Made by a program: the position numbers and the translations under genes
Notes under the pieces: model-generated
Told to the model about the DNA's origin: nothing
Databases searched by the model: none
Seen by the model: the letters and a program-made list of their open reading frames with translations, nothing else
NCBI RefSeq assembly: GCF_000020225.1
Contig: NC_010655.1
Span: 1,260,001 to 1,292,000, forward strand
Direction: 5' to 3'
Origin: Akkermansia muciniphila ATCC BAA-835
GTDB taxonomy: Bacteria > Verrucomicrobiota > Verrucomicrobiia > Verrucomicrobiales > Akkermansiaceae
DNA: 32,000 nt
In this document: positions 24,186 through 32,000 of the stretch, piece by piece
Layout: every line of letters starts with the position of its first letter
Position numbering within the stretch: the first letter of the stretch is position 1

Positions 24186-26084
24186 ATGCTTTCCTCTGCT
24201 CTGGAAGACACGCTGCGTTTATTCGGCAAGGAACGGTTCCGTCCCATGCAGAGGGATCTGGTGGAGTGCGCGCTGGAGGGCCGTTCCTGCATCGGTATTT
24301 TGCCTACGGGTTCCGGCAAGAGCCTTTGCTATCAGATTCCGGCGGTTCTGGGAAATGGGCTGACGGTTGTGGTTTCTCCGTTGATTGCCCTGATGCGCGA
24401 CCAGGTGGCGGGGCTGGAAAAACTGGGCGTGGCCGCCGCCAGGTATGATTCGACCCTGGCGGAAGAAGATAAGGTCGCCCTGATGGACAGATTGAAGTCC
24501 GGAGGCGTCCGCCTTCTGTTTGCCGCTCCGGAGTCTCTGGAATCCCCGTGGATTCAGCAGGTCATGGAGCTTGTTCCCCCCGGCTTGTTCGTGGTGGATG
24601 AGGCTCATTGCCTTTCGGAATGGGGGCACAGTTTCCGTCCGGATTATCTGGGGCTGCCCGTTTTTTTCAGAAAGCACGGGTTCCGCAGCGTCATGGCGTT
24701 GACGGCCACGGCTACGGAGCAGGTGTGCCGCGATCTGGCCGGCCTGTTTGGCGTGAGTGATGAATGTATTTTCCGGGCTGCGCCGTACCGTGCGAATATC
24801 TTCCGCCAGGTGGAAACGTTGAAGGATCAGGATAAAACCGCGCGGCTGGTTGAATTGTTGAAAGAGGGAGGCCGCCGTCCTGCCGTGGTGTACACGCGGA
24901 CCCGCAAAGATGCGGAAAACCTTTCCTACGAATTGGGAAAAGCCGGTTTCTCCGTCAAGTCCTACCATGCGGGCATGCCCCCGGAGACGAGGGGGCTGGT
25001 TCAGGATGAGTTTCTGGCAGGTACGGCGGACGTGCTGGTGGCGACGATTGCCTTCGGCATGGGGATTGACAAGCCGGACGTGCGTTCCGTGGTGCATTAC
25101 CATCCCCCCGCCAGTCTGGAGGCGTATGTTCAGGAATCCGGCCGTGCAGGACGCGACGGCCTTCCTTCCTTCAGCCTGGTGATGTTGTCCGCCCGCGACA
25201 GCGTGGCCGTAGTCAACCGGCTGCATGCGGCGGAGCCGGACCGGCACGGCATGAAAGGGCTGGTATCTCTGTTGTCCCGCAGGGGGGAGCACATTGTTTC
25301 CCTGTATGAGGCTTCTTCCGTTTATGATTTGCCGGATGTGGCGGTGGACCGGATGCTGTTTGACCTGAAACGTTCCGGTTCCGTACGGGAGAAGGGGACG
25401 GGGTTCAAGTATTACAGGGTGCGCCCTCTGTTCCGGATGGAGGAAATTCTGTGCGGCCGCGGCGGGGAGGAATGCGCCCGGCTGCAATGGATGGATATGC
25501 GCCGGCAGGGAGAGGTGGAGGATCTGGCTGTGGAATGGGGAATTTCATGGGAAGAAGCCGCCGCCTGGCTTGGTGACCTGGCTCTTTCCGGGGAATGGAA
25601 AGTGGAGCTGCGCCAGGCAGCCCTTCATCTGTATTCGGAAGGATTTGACGCGGAAGAGGCTGCGGAGGAATTTGAGCAGTATTTTTCCAGATCCCGGCTG
25701 AACGGGCTGGAACGCTGGAAAACCTGCGTTTCTACGCTGACGTCTTCCGCCTGCCTGAATAGAAGCCTGGATGCCTATTTCGGTTTCCGGGACCTGTCCG
25801 GGCCTTGCGGGCATTGTCCTGCGTGCTGTGGGATGTTGCCTGCGGCCATGGAAGAAGAGGAACTTCCCCCGTTACCGGAAGAGCTGCGCTCCGCCGTCAT
25901 GGAGCTGGCGGGGCAGAGGAAGCCCGCGCTGGCCCGCCCTTCCCAGTTGGCGCGCTTTTTGCTGGGACTGGCTTCTCCCGCGGCCATGCGCGCCCGGTTG
26001 TGGAGCCATCCTCTCTATGGGGCGCTGGCGGACAGGAAATGGGAGGATGTGTGGATTGAGGCGCATGCCCTGTCGGGTAGTTAG
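24186..26084 (+). CDS. recQ: RecQ-family ATP-dependent DNA helicase
   Basis: 632 aa with FRPMQ, the Walker A motif LPTGSGKSLCYQ, DEAHCLSEWGHSFRPDY and motif VI QESGRAGRDG. A RecQ-type zinc motif C-x17-CGHCPAC sits near residue 540. Confidence 0.85.
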   Translation: MLSSALEDTLRLFGKERFRPMQRDLVECALEGRSCIGILPTGSGKSLCYQIPAVLGNGLTVVVSPLIALMRDQVAGLEKLGVAAARYDSTLAEEDKVALMDRLKSGGVRLLFAAPESLESPWIQQVMELVPPGLFVVDEAHCLSEWGHSFRPDYLGLPVFFRKHGFRSVMALTATATEQVCRDLAGLFGVSDECIFRAAPYRANIFRQVETLKDQDKTARLVELLKEGGRRPAVVYTRTRKDAENLSYELGKAGFSVKSYHAGMPPETRGLVQDEFLAGTADVLVATIAFGMGIDKPDVRSVVHYHPPASLEAYVQESGRAGRDGLPSFSLVMLSARDSVAVVNRLHAAEPDRHGMKGLVSLLSRRGEHIVSLYEASSVYDLPDVAVDRMLFDLKRSGSVREKGTGFKYYRVRPLFRMEEILCGRGGEECARLQWMDMRRQGEVEDLAVEWGISWEEAAAWLGDLALSGEWKVELRQAALHLYSEGFDAEEAAEEFEQYFSRSRLNGLERWKTCVSTLTSSACLNRSLDAYFGFRDLSGPCGHCPACCGMLPAAMEEEELPPLPEELRSAVMELAGQRKPALARPSQLARFLLGLASPAAMRARLWSHPLYGALADRKWEDVWIEAHALSGS

Positions 26085-27277
26085 AGGCCGGTTTTTCCGC
26101 CTTGGGCGGCTTCATAGGCGGCAATAATGCGTTTGCAGGAATTTTCCGCATGCAGCAGGGAACACCAATAGCGGGATATTTCCTCCGGGTTGCGTTTTCC
26201 GGAGTCCCAGGCGCGGATTTCTTCCAAAAGTGCCCCGGAGAGGCTTTCCGGAGAATCGTTCGGGCTGAGTGTGCCTGAATCATGGGAAACGTACCATTGC
26301 AGGCAGTTCAGCTGGGGTGTGAGGCGAGGCCCTACGACAGAGGCCCCGGCGCACAGCGCTTCTGCGGAGGCAAGGTGCGTTCCTTCGGACAAGGAGGTGC
26401 AGAGACTGATTCTGGCTTGGGATTGTTTCTTTTGCAGTTCAATATTGGGAATATAGCCAGCCAGATGAATCCGGGTGCGAAGAGGCTCCGGAAGATTGTC
26501 GTGCCATTCCCGGAGAAAGTCAGGAATATTGCCGTAAATTTCCGCTTCCCAGTGCGGGGCGTGGGCAAGCGCCTGTTCCAGCGTGGACATCAGCAGGCAG
26601 GGGCGTTTATAGAGAAGGTCGTCCCAGCGGCCTACGGCCATAATGATGTTGCGCTTCTCTCCTGCAAAGCGGCAGGTGGAAGAAATGGGGTTGGGAACCA
26701 GAGCCAGTTTCCGGACGATGGATTTTCCATAGAGCCATTCCCTATCTGCAACGGATTGGAGGGCTGCCGGAATGGGGAAGGCGACCATGTCCCCTGAGTC
26801 CAAATGTTTTCTGCGCCCCCTGCTGGCGAGGTTCCATGTGTGCTGTTTCAGAAGGCGCAGCAGGAAAAAAGCGGAACCTTTGATTTTCCCGTGAATGAAA
26901 ACGTCTTTGGTGTACATGTTTTTCGCGATGGGAAGCCAGTATTGCCACGGAAAAAACAGCCCGGATGAGTCCATGTACACTACCAGAAAGATTCCTGCGT
27001 CATGGATGGCTCTGGCGATGGGAAGGTATTTGCCCACTCCCCAGGCGTACAGGATCACTCCGTCAATACCCAGGGATTTCCACCAGGCTGCATCTTTCAG
27101 GTTGGCGTATTCCGTGCGGATGAGGTCGGGATCATCTCCTTCCTGGGCAGGTGTGGGCATGATGGCCCTGCTTTTCACCCCGATTCTCTGAAAGGCCTTG
27201 CAGAAAGCGCCTGAATCGCGGGAAAAGAAAGTATGGTCTCCCTTGAAGGACACCGGCGTGCATGTGTACCATTTCAT
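26081..27277 (-). CDS. GT-B fold glycosyltransferase (GT4-like)
   Basis: I prefer the ATG at 27277 (MKWYTCTPVSF...). It overlaps the upstream gene's stop codon in an ATGA arrangement. The C-terminal LCTSLSEGTHLASAEALCAGASVVGP resembles the GT4 E-x7-E region. The 93-codon upstream extension in the ORF track is Arg/Pro/His-rich and implausible. Confidence 0.65.
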   Translation of the reverse strand: MKWYTCTPVSFKGDHTFFSRDSGAFCKAFQRIGVKSRAIMPTPAQEGDDPDLIRTEYANLKDAAWWKSLGIDGVILYAWGVGKYLPIARAIHDAGIFLVVYMDSSGLFFPWQYWLPIAKNMYTKDVFIHGKIKGSAFFLLRLLKQHTWNLASRGRRKHLDSGDMVAFPIPAALQSVADREWLYGKSIVRKLALVPNPISSTCRFAGEKRNIIMAVGRWDDLLYKRPCLLMSTLEQALAHAPHWEAEIYGNIPDFLREWHDNLPEPLRTRIHLAGYIPNIELQKKQSQARISLCTSLSEGTHLASAEALCAGASVVGPRLTPQLNCLQWYVSHDSGTLSPNDSPESLSGALLEEIRAWDSGKRNPEEISRYWCSLLHAENSCKRIIAAYEAAQGGKTGL

Positions 27278-28482
27278 GATGTTGGTGGGGTGGAAGATGA
27301 ATGGAAAACGCGGAGCTCGCCAAGAAGGGCTTCCATGGACCGGAGCCATGCGGCGGGGGAGTATGTGGAGGACAAAAGTTGTTGCCCGTGCGCGCCCATG
27401 GCCGGCCAGCGTTCTTCTTGCTTCAGGGCGGTGTGCAGCGTCTCCGCCAGGGATTCCACGGAAGGTTCCTGTGCAATCCAGCCATTCCTGCCGTGGGTGA
27501 TGAGCTCCGGCAGGCCGCCGTTCGGGGTAACGATGACGGGCGTGCCGTGGAGCCATGATTCCAGGACAACCATACCGAAGGTTTCCTCCCAGAGGGAGGG
27601 CGCTACGGAGAGGCCGCAGGCGGCGCGGACGGCTCCTTGTTCCTCATGGGGAATGAACCCGGTCAGGCGGATGGATTCAAGATGGCGGGAAGAGATATAA
27701 CGCTCCAGTTCTCCGCGCAGGGGGCCGTCTCCCATCAGGTAGAGAATGCGGCCGGGGGGGGATAGGAGTTCCCACGCCTGAACCAGTTGCAGGACTCCTT
27801 TTTCCTGCGTCAGGCGTCCGGCGTAAAGGACGTCCCGGCGGGGCGGGCCGGCGGAAGGGGCGGGGTTTTGCCGGATGAAATGTGGAATAACCCTGATTTT
27901 ATCCTCCGGTATTCCGGTTTGGATGAGAAGTTCCCGCTGGCGCCGGCTGATGGCAATGTAGGAGGAAAAGCGGCTCCAGGCTCCCATGCGGCGCGTTTTA
28001 TACAGGACGGCGGCGGCCAGGGATGAGTACGCGGCGTTTTTCCTCCAACAGGCGTGCATGATGCCGGGAAAATAGTTGCCGCCTTGGCAGGAAAAGCAGG
28101 GCGCTCCGTCCCGGTAAAATACTCCGTTGAGGCAGCCGGAGCGGTAATTGTGCATGTAGTGGATGACGGGAGCGGGTTGATGCAGGGCCAGTTCATAGAC
28201 GCAGGGGGACATGGCCGGGAACGTATTGTGGATGATCCATGCGTCATAGCGGTTTTCACGCAGGCATTCGCGCAGTTTTTGCTCCACGTCCCTGTTGTGG
28301 AGCAAATAACCCATTTTCGTCAGGGCGCCGTGGGGGCTATGGAACAGCTCCTCCGTTGAATAGACAAAGGGTGTGACATCCGCTATGGCGCCCAAAGCCT
28401 CCGTAATGGCATGGAAGCAGATTTCTTCCCCCCCAACCTCGCCGTAACGGCTGAAAATATGTAGAATGCGTGGGCGTTGCAT
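27274..28482 (-). CDS. Family 4 glycosyltransferase
   Basis: The ATG at 28482 gives MQRPRILHIFSRYGEVGGEE. The C-terminal half (GRLTQEKGV..MGDGPLR..APSLWEETFGMVVLESWLHGTPVIVTPNGGLPELI) is a classic GT4 sequence. Confidence 0.85.
   Translation of the reverse strand: MQRPRILHIFSRYGEVGGEEICFHAITEALGAIADVTPFVYSTEELFHSPHGALTKMGYLLHNRDVEQKLRECLRENRYDAWIIHNTFPAMSPCVYELALHQPAPVIHYMHNYRSGCLNGVFYRDGAPCFSCQGGNYFPGIMHACWRKNAAYSSLAAAVLYKTRRMGAWSRFSSYIAISRRQRELLIQTGIPEDKIRVIPHFIRQNPAPSAGPPRRDVLYAGRLTQEKGVLQLVQAWELLSPPGRILYLMGDGPLRGELERYISSRHLESIRLTGFIPHEEQGAVRAACGLSVAPSLWEETFGMVVLESWLHGTPVIVTPNGGLPELITHGRNGWIAQEPSVESLAETLHTALKQEERWPAMGAHGQQLLSSTYSPAAWLRSMEALLGELRVFHSSSTPPTS
27754..27761 (-). repeat. Homopolymeric C8 tract (G8 on plus) inside the GT4 coding sequence
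   Basis: Plus-strand G run at 27754-27761. In the gene it reads tcC CCC CCC ggc, encoding S-P-P-G in ...WELLSPPGRILY... Confidence 0.95.
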
Positions 28483-28502
28483 GGCTGCGGCGGCACAGGG
28501 GG

Positions 28503-29528
28503 TTATCCCTGGAGTTCCCTTCTGAGTTTCGCGGGATCCTTCAATAGCTCCCGCTGAATGGCTTCCTGCTGCTGGCGCAGACGGTCTTCCCGTAACTGAA
28601 GGGATTTTTTCCCGGCTCCCAGCCCGGCATTGACAAAGGGATTGTTGTCCCCGTATTTGGACCACGGGCCGCGGGGAATGCGGTAAAATTCCACAAAGCG
28701 CCAGTGGACAATGGCTGTTCCTCCCGTAATGCCCAGATAGTCGCGTACGGCAGGGGAGATGTCAATGCCCGCCCCTTTGTTCTGGGTATTGACGGGAGGC
28801 TTGTCTCCGAAGACGTAGGGCCAGTCTTCCGTGGTGAAGGGGCCGCAGTCTTCCCATTGGGCAAAACAGGAACGCTTGTTGTAGACGATTTGCACCCATC
28901 TGCCCTTGCAGACGGATTGCCCCTTTCCCGCATATTCGCGGCGGAACCACGGGATGACCCGTGACGCCTCCGCCTTATGCTCCCCTCTGGAAACGTCATT
29001 ATAAGGGAGCGCCACGTAAAAGGGGTTTTGCCGGGGGATGAATGTTTTCGGGCGGAAGTCCCTCGTGCGGCAAACGGGATCCGGGTTGTCGAAGCCGCCG
29101 AAGTTTTCCCGCCATGCGGAATCCCACGAGCTTTTGTGGTTGGCTACCGGATTGCGTTCCGTGGGTTCTTCCCCCACCCAGAAGACCGTGGCGGTAATGT
29201 TGAGACGCCAGGGATAGGTGCCGGGGCTTTGCCTGGACGTCCTGGGAAGGATGCGGGGAGCGGGCCGCTTTCCTCCCTCTGCAGCAACAGGCGATTTGAC
29301 GATGACCCGGGGCAGGGGGTCCCGTTGCGTTGGGGTGACGATGACGGGGCCTTTGGGCCGTCCGGAACTGTTCGCCAGGGCGCGGGTGGCGCTCCGGCCT
29401 GTCTGGATGTCCGCCCTGGCGGTTTCTGCGGAAACCAGAACCGGCAGCGTGAGCAGGCATGCGGACAGGAGGGGGCTCCCGAAGAGCCCCTTCCGTAATG
29501 CCTGTTGACGCTGCCGGTAGTTTACCAT
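28503..29528 (-). CDS. Secreted protein with an RlpA-like double-psi beta-barrel-like region and a C-terminal coiled coil
   Basis: 341 aa with a signal sequence LFGSPLLSACLLTLPVLVSAETARA. GRWVQIVYNKRSCFAQWEDCGPF...GAGIDISPAVRDYLGI resembles the DPBB pattern (V.V.N....V.D.GP...IDLS.AA...LG). The start codon overlaps the nadB stop. Confidence 0.45.
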   Translation of the reverse strand: MVNYRQRQQALRKGLFGSPLLSACLLTLPVLVSAETARADIQTGRSATRALANSSGRPKGPVIVTPTQRDPLPRVIVKSPVAAEGGKRPAPRILPRTSRQSPGTYPWRLNITATVFWVGEEPTERNPVANHKSSWDSAWRENFGGFDNPDPVCRTRDFRPKTFIPRQNPFYVALPYNDVSRGEHKAEASRVIPWFRREYAGKGQSVCKGRWVQIVYNKRSCFAQWEDCGPFTTEDWPYVFGDKPPVNTQNKGAGIDISPAVRDYLGITGGTAIVHWRFVEFYRIPRGPWSKYGDNNPFVNAGLGAGKKSLQLREDRLRQQQEAIQRELLKDPAKLRRELQG

Positions 29529-31126
29529 CGGTGCAGTTGGGTGACGAAGCGGTGGTCCAGCTTGCCGGGATAATCCGTATTGAAATGAAGGCCGCGGCTT
29601 TCATTGCGGCGCATGGCGCAGTCCACGATCAGGGAGGCCACCGCCACCAGGTTGCGCAATTCCAGGATGTCCGGCGTAATGCGGTATCCCCAGTAGAAGT
29701 CCTTTACCTCCCGGTGCAGCATCCGGAGCCGCGTGGCTGCGCGGTCCAGCCTTTTATTGGTCCGCACAATGGAGACGTAATCCCACATCAGGCGGCGGAT
29801 TTCATCCCAATTATGATAGATGACGGAAAGTTCGTCAGGCAGGGCTGTATCTCCGTGGTGCCAGGCTGGGATGTCGTAAGGAGTGGGGGAATCCTTTCTC
29901 AGGGGATGCAGGGAGAGCATGGAGTTCAGCGCCCTCTTGGCGACCACCACGCATTCCAGAAGGGAGTTGGAAGCCAGCCGGTTGGCGCCGTGAAGACCGG
30001 TGCAGCCGGTTTCCCCTGCGGCGTAAAGGCCGTCCAGGCTGGTCTGGCCGTTGACGTCCGTCAGCACGCCGCCGCACTGGAAATGCGCTGCGGGAACAAC
30101 GGGAATGGGTTCCCTGGCGGGATTGACGCCGTAGCGGTTGCATGTCTCGTAAATCAGGGGAAAACGTTCCTGGACGAACCCTTCCGGCTTGTGGGAGATA
30201 TCCAGATAAACGCACATGCTGCCCGTCCTCTTCATTTCCGAATCTACGGCGCGGGCGGTGATGTCGCGCGGGGCCAGGGATTTGCGGGGGTCGTACTTGT
30301 GCATGAATTCCTTCCCGTCCGCGCCTATCAGCACGCCGCCTTCCCCGCGCACGGCTTCGGAGATGAGGAAGGAGCGCGCTTCCGCGCCTTCCGCGCGGGT
30401 GTTGAAGAAACAGGTGGGATGGAACTGCACGAATTCCATGTTGGCGATGGTGGCCCCCGCCCGCCAGGCCATGGCTACGCCGTCCCCCGTGGCGGAATCA
30501 TTATTGGTAGTGTACAGATACACGCGCCCGCAGCCGCCGGTGGCGAGCAGCACGCGGTCTGACCGGAAGATTTCCACTTCCCCGGAGACGCGGTCCAGCA
30601 CGTAGGCTCCCAGAACGCGGTCTTCCGTGACGAGGCCCAGCTTGGTGGTCGTAATCAGGTCAATGGCGAAATGGTCTTCCAGCAGTTCAATGTTGGGGTG
30701 AAGCTTGGCCGCCTCCAGAAGTTTGGAGGTAATTTCCAGTCCGGTTGCGTCTTTGGCGTGGAGGATGCGCCGTTTGGTGTGGCCGCCCTCCCTGGCCAGT
30801 TCATAATCCTCTCCCTGGTTGCCGGGGTCAAAGTTCACTCCCCATTCCAGCAGTTCCCGGATAGCGTCCGGGCCTTCCTCCACGATAGTGCGCACGGCCT
30901 GTTCGTTGCAGAGGCCCGCTCCGGCGTCCAGCGTATCCGCAACATGGTCTTCAAAGGAATCGTTGCGGTCCCATACGGCGGCGATGCCGCCCTGTGCCTT
31001 GGCGGAACTGCAATCCAGAAATTTGCCTTTTGTAATGACTGCAACCTTGCCGTGTTCCGCCGCTCTCAAGGCGAAACTCAATCCGGCAACACCTGCCCCA
31101 ATGACTAAAAAGTCGCTCGTCTTCAT
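29522..31126 (-). CDS. nadB: L-aspartate oxidase
   Basis: The ATG at 31126 gives MKTSDFLVIGAGVAGLSFALRAA, the FAD motif. It also has AQGGIAAV, EFVQFHPT, VVPAAHFQCGGV and LYAAGETGCTGLHGANRLASNSLLE. Confidence 0.9.
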   Translation of the reverse strand: MKTSDFLVIGAGVAGLSFALRAAEHGKVAVITKGKFLDCSSAKAQGGIAAVWDRNDSFEDHVADTLDAGAGLCNEQAVRTIVEEGPDAIRELLEWGVNFDPGNQGEDYELAREGGHTKRRILHAKDATGLEITSKLLEAAKLHPNIELLEDHFAIDLITTTKLGLVTEDRVLGAYVLDRVSGEVEIFRSDRVLLATGGCGRVYLYTTNNDSATGDGVAMAWRAGATIANMEFVQFHPTCFFNTRAEGAEARSFLISEAVRGEGGVLIGADGKEFMHKYDPRKSLAPRDITARAVDSEMKRTGSMCVYLDISHKPEGFVQERFPLIYETCNRYGVNPAREPIPVVPAAHFQCGGVLTDVNGQTSLDGLYAAGETGCTGLHGANRLASNSLLECVVVAKRALNSMLSLHPLRKDSPTPYDIPAWHHGDTALPDELSVIYHNWDEIRRLMWDYVSIVRTNKRLDRAATRLRMLHREVKDFYWGYRITPDILELRNLVAVASLIVDCAMRRNESRGLHFNTDYPGKLDHRFVTQLHRW

Positions 31127-31232
31127 CTTGAATGGTACGGAATTGTACCATGACGCGGGCTGCCAAGTCACGCCCAATGATGGGGCGGCAGGGCATATTT
31201 GTCTGGAAAAGAAGTGTGAAACACGCTAATTC

Positions 31233-31814
31233 ATGGGCATGAGACCCCAAGGGAACGAACAGGAAGCGCGCCGGAACAAGCATGTGCGCAGCGCGCCGTC
31301 CAAAATTGCCGTGAAGGCGCTGGGAGAGGAGGTGCTGGACGGGATTCTGGACAAATCCTCCAACCCTCTGCTGCTTATTCTGGACTGCGTGCAGGACCCC
31401 CACAACCTGGGAGCCATCCTGCGGACGGCGGACGGCGCGGGAGTGGATGCCGTCATCGCCCCCCGGGACAAATCCGTGGGCATTACGGAGACGGTGCTGC
31501 GCGTTTCCGTCGGCGCTGCGGAAAAGGTGCCTTTTATTCAGGTGACCAATCTGGCGCGCACCATGAAGCAGCTCCAGAGCCGCGGCATCTGGATATTCGG
31601 CACGTCGGACAAAGGAGACCGCGGCCTGTATGAAACGGACTTCACGGGGCCGGCCGCACTGGTGATGGGGGCGGAAGGGGAAGGGATGAGAAGATTGACG
31701 GAAGAGAACTGCGATTTCCTGCTGAGGATTCCCATGAAGGGAAGCATTCCGTGCCTGAACGTATCTGTGGCTACGGGCGTATGCCTGTATGAAATGGTGC
31801 GGCAGCGTTCCTGA
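31233..31814 (+). CDS. SpoU/TrmH-family RNA 2'-O-methyltransferase (RlmB-like, short form)
   Basis: 193 aa with SpoU motifs [35 protein letters not shown] and [22 protein letters not shown]. Confidence 0.8.
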   Translation: MGMRPQGNEQEARRNKHVRSAPSKIAVKALGEEVLDGILDKSSNPLLLILDCVQDPHNLGAILRTADGAGVDAVIAPRDKSVGITETVLRVSVGAAEKVPFIQVTNLARTMKQLQSRGIWIFGTSDKGDRGLYETDFTGPAALVMGAEGEGMRRLTEENCDFLLRIPMKGSIPCLNVSVATGVCLYEMVRQRS

Positions 31815-31847
31815 TTCCATGACTGTTTTTCTCCCTCCCTCGTCTTT

Positions 31848-32000
31848 ATGATTCAGGAACTTGATCTTGCTCCGGGGGAACGCGCCAGGTTTATTTCAGA
31901 CATCCATTTCGGCCATGCCAAGGCGCTGGCCCGGGAGCCGGAAGAGCTGGGGTTTCTTCTGGAGGGGTGCTCCCATCTGGTAGTGTGCGGGGACCTCAGT
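31848..32000 (+). CDS. Metallophosphoesterase-like protein, N-terminal fragment (runs off the right edge)
   Basis: The ATG at 31848 gives MIQELDLAPGERARFISDIHFGHAKAL...CSHLVVCGDLS. D-x-H and G-D are the first two calcineurin-like phosphoesterase motifs. The gene is not in the ORF track because it is truncated. Confidence 0.5.
   Translation, partial: MIQELDLAPGERARFISDIHFGHAKALAREPEELGFLLEGCSHLVVCGDLS

Noticed and set aside
22431-25487. Long antisense ORFs over the sulfatase (22431-24038, plus) and recQ (24219-25487, minus); also 29459-30562 over nadB
   Set aside because: These are shadow ORFs in the codon-aligned antisense frame of well-supported genes. There are no signal sequences, motifs or plausible starts.
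27278-27556. N-terminal 93-codon extension of the GT-B gene; likewise 28483-28665 for the GT4 gene
   Set aside because: The extensions lie inside the upstream genes and are Arg/Pro/His-rich. Internal ATGs give typical glycosyltransferase N-termini, and the 27277 ATG gives an ATGA start/stop overlap.
1-32000. CRISPR arrays, rRNA or tRNA genes, IS elements, toxin-antitoxin or known defence-system genes
   Set aside because: I saw no regularly spaced direct repeats, no cloverleaf-like sequence in the intergenic regions, and no transposase, integrase or nuclease/ATPase defence signatures in any frame.

Overview
The window is a densely coded bacterial chromosomal segment. Most of it is GC-rich, and there is one visibly AT-richer block. 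Gene content (Cys-type sulfatase, many glycosyltransferases) and composition suggest a Verrucomicrobia/Akkermansia-like gut bacterium. That attribution is from memory only and is not verified. From left to right I read the following. (1) The 3' part of metF, a YfgM-like TPR membrane protein and a small lipoprotein. (2) A minus-strand heavy-metal-type RND efflux module: small Cys/His-rich protein, NodT/TolC-like lipoprotein, His/Cys-repeat membrane fusion protein, CusA/CzcA-like pump, strong terminator, then a TetR gene. (3) An MFS transporter co-oriented with a membrane-anchored ankyrin-repeat protein, a YugP-like membrane protein and a secreted hypothetical protein. (4) An ArsR-HTH/SAM-methyltransferase fusion (SahR-like), divergent from metK-ahcY with only 37 bp between the start codons. 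(5) An AT-richer glycan block holding a GT2, two orphan proteins and a UDP-galactopyranose-mutase-like flavoprotein, with a recurring 15-bp palindromic motif in its intergenic regions. (6) A sulfatase and a recQ-family helicase. (7) A tightly overlapping minus-strand unit: nadB, a secreted RlpA/DPBB-like protein, a GT4 carrying a poly-C8 tract, and a second GT-B enzyme. (8) A SpoU/TrmH methyltransferase and the start of a metallophosphoesterase. I saw no rRNA, tRNA, CRISPR array, transposase or integrase. The most interesting items are the Cys/His metal-binding elements attached to the efflux operon, the operator-like palindromes and furanose-mutase-like gene in the glycan block, the SahR-like methyl-cycle switch, and the homopolymer in a glycosyltransferase. 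All functional calls rest on by-eye motif recognition. No searches were run.
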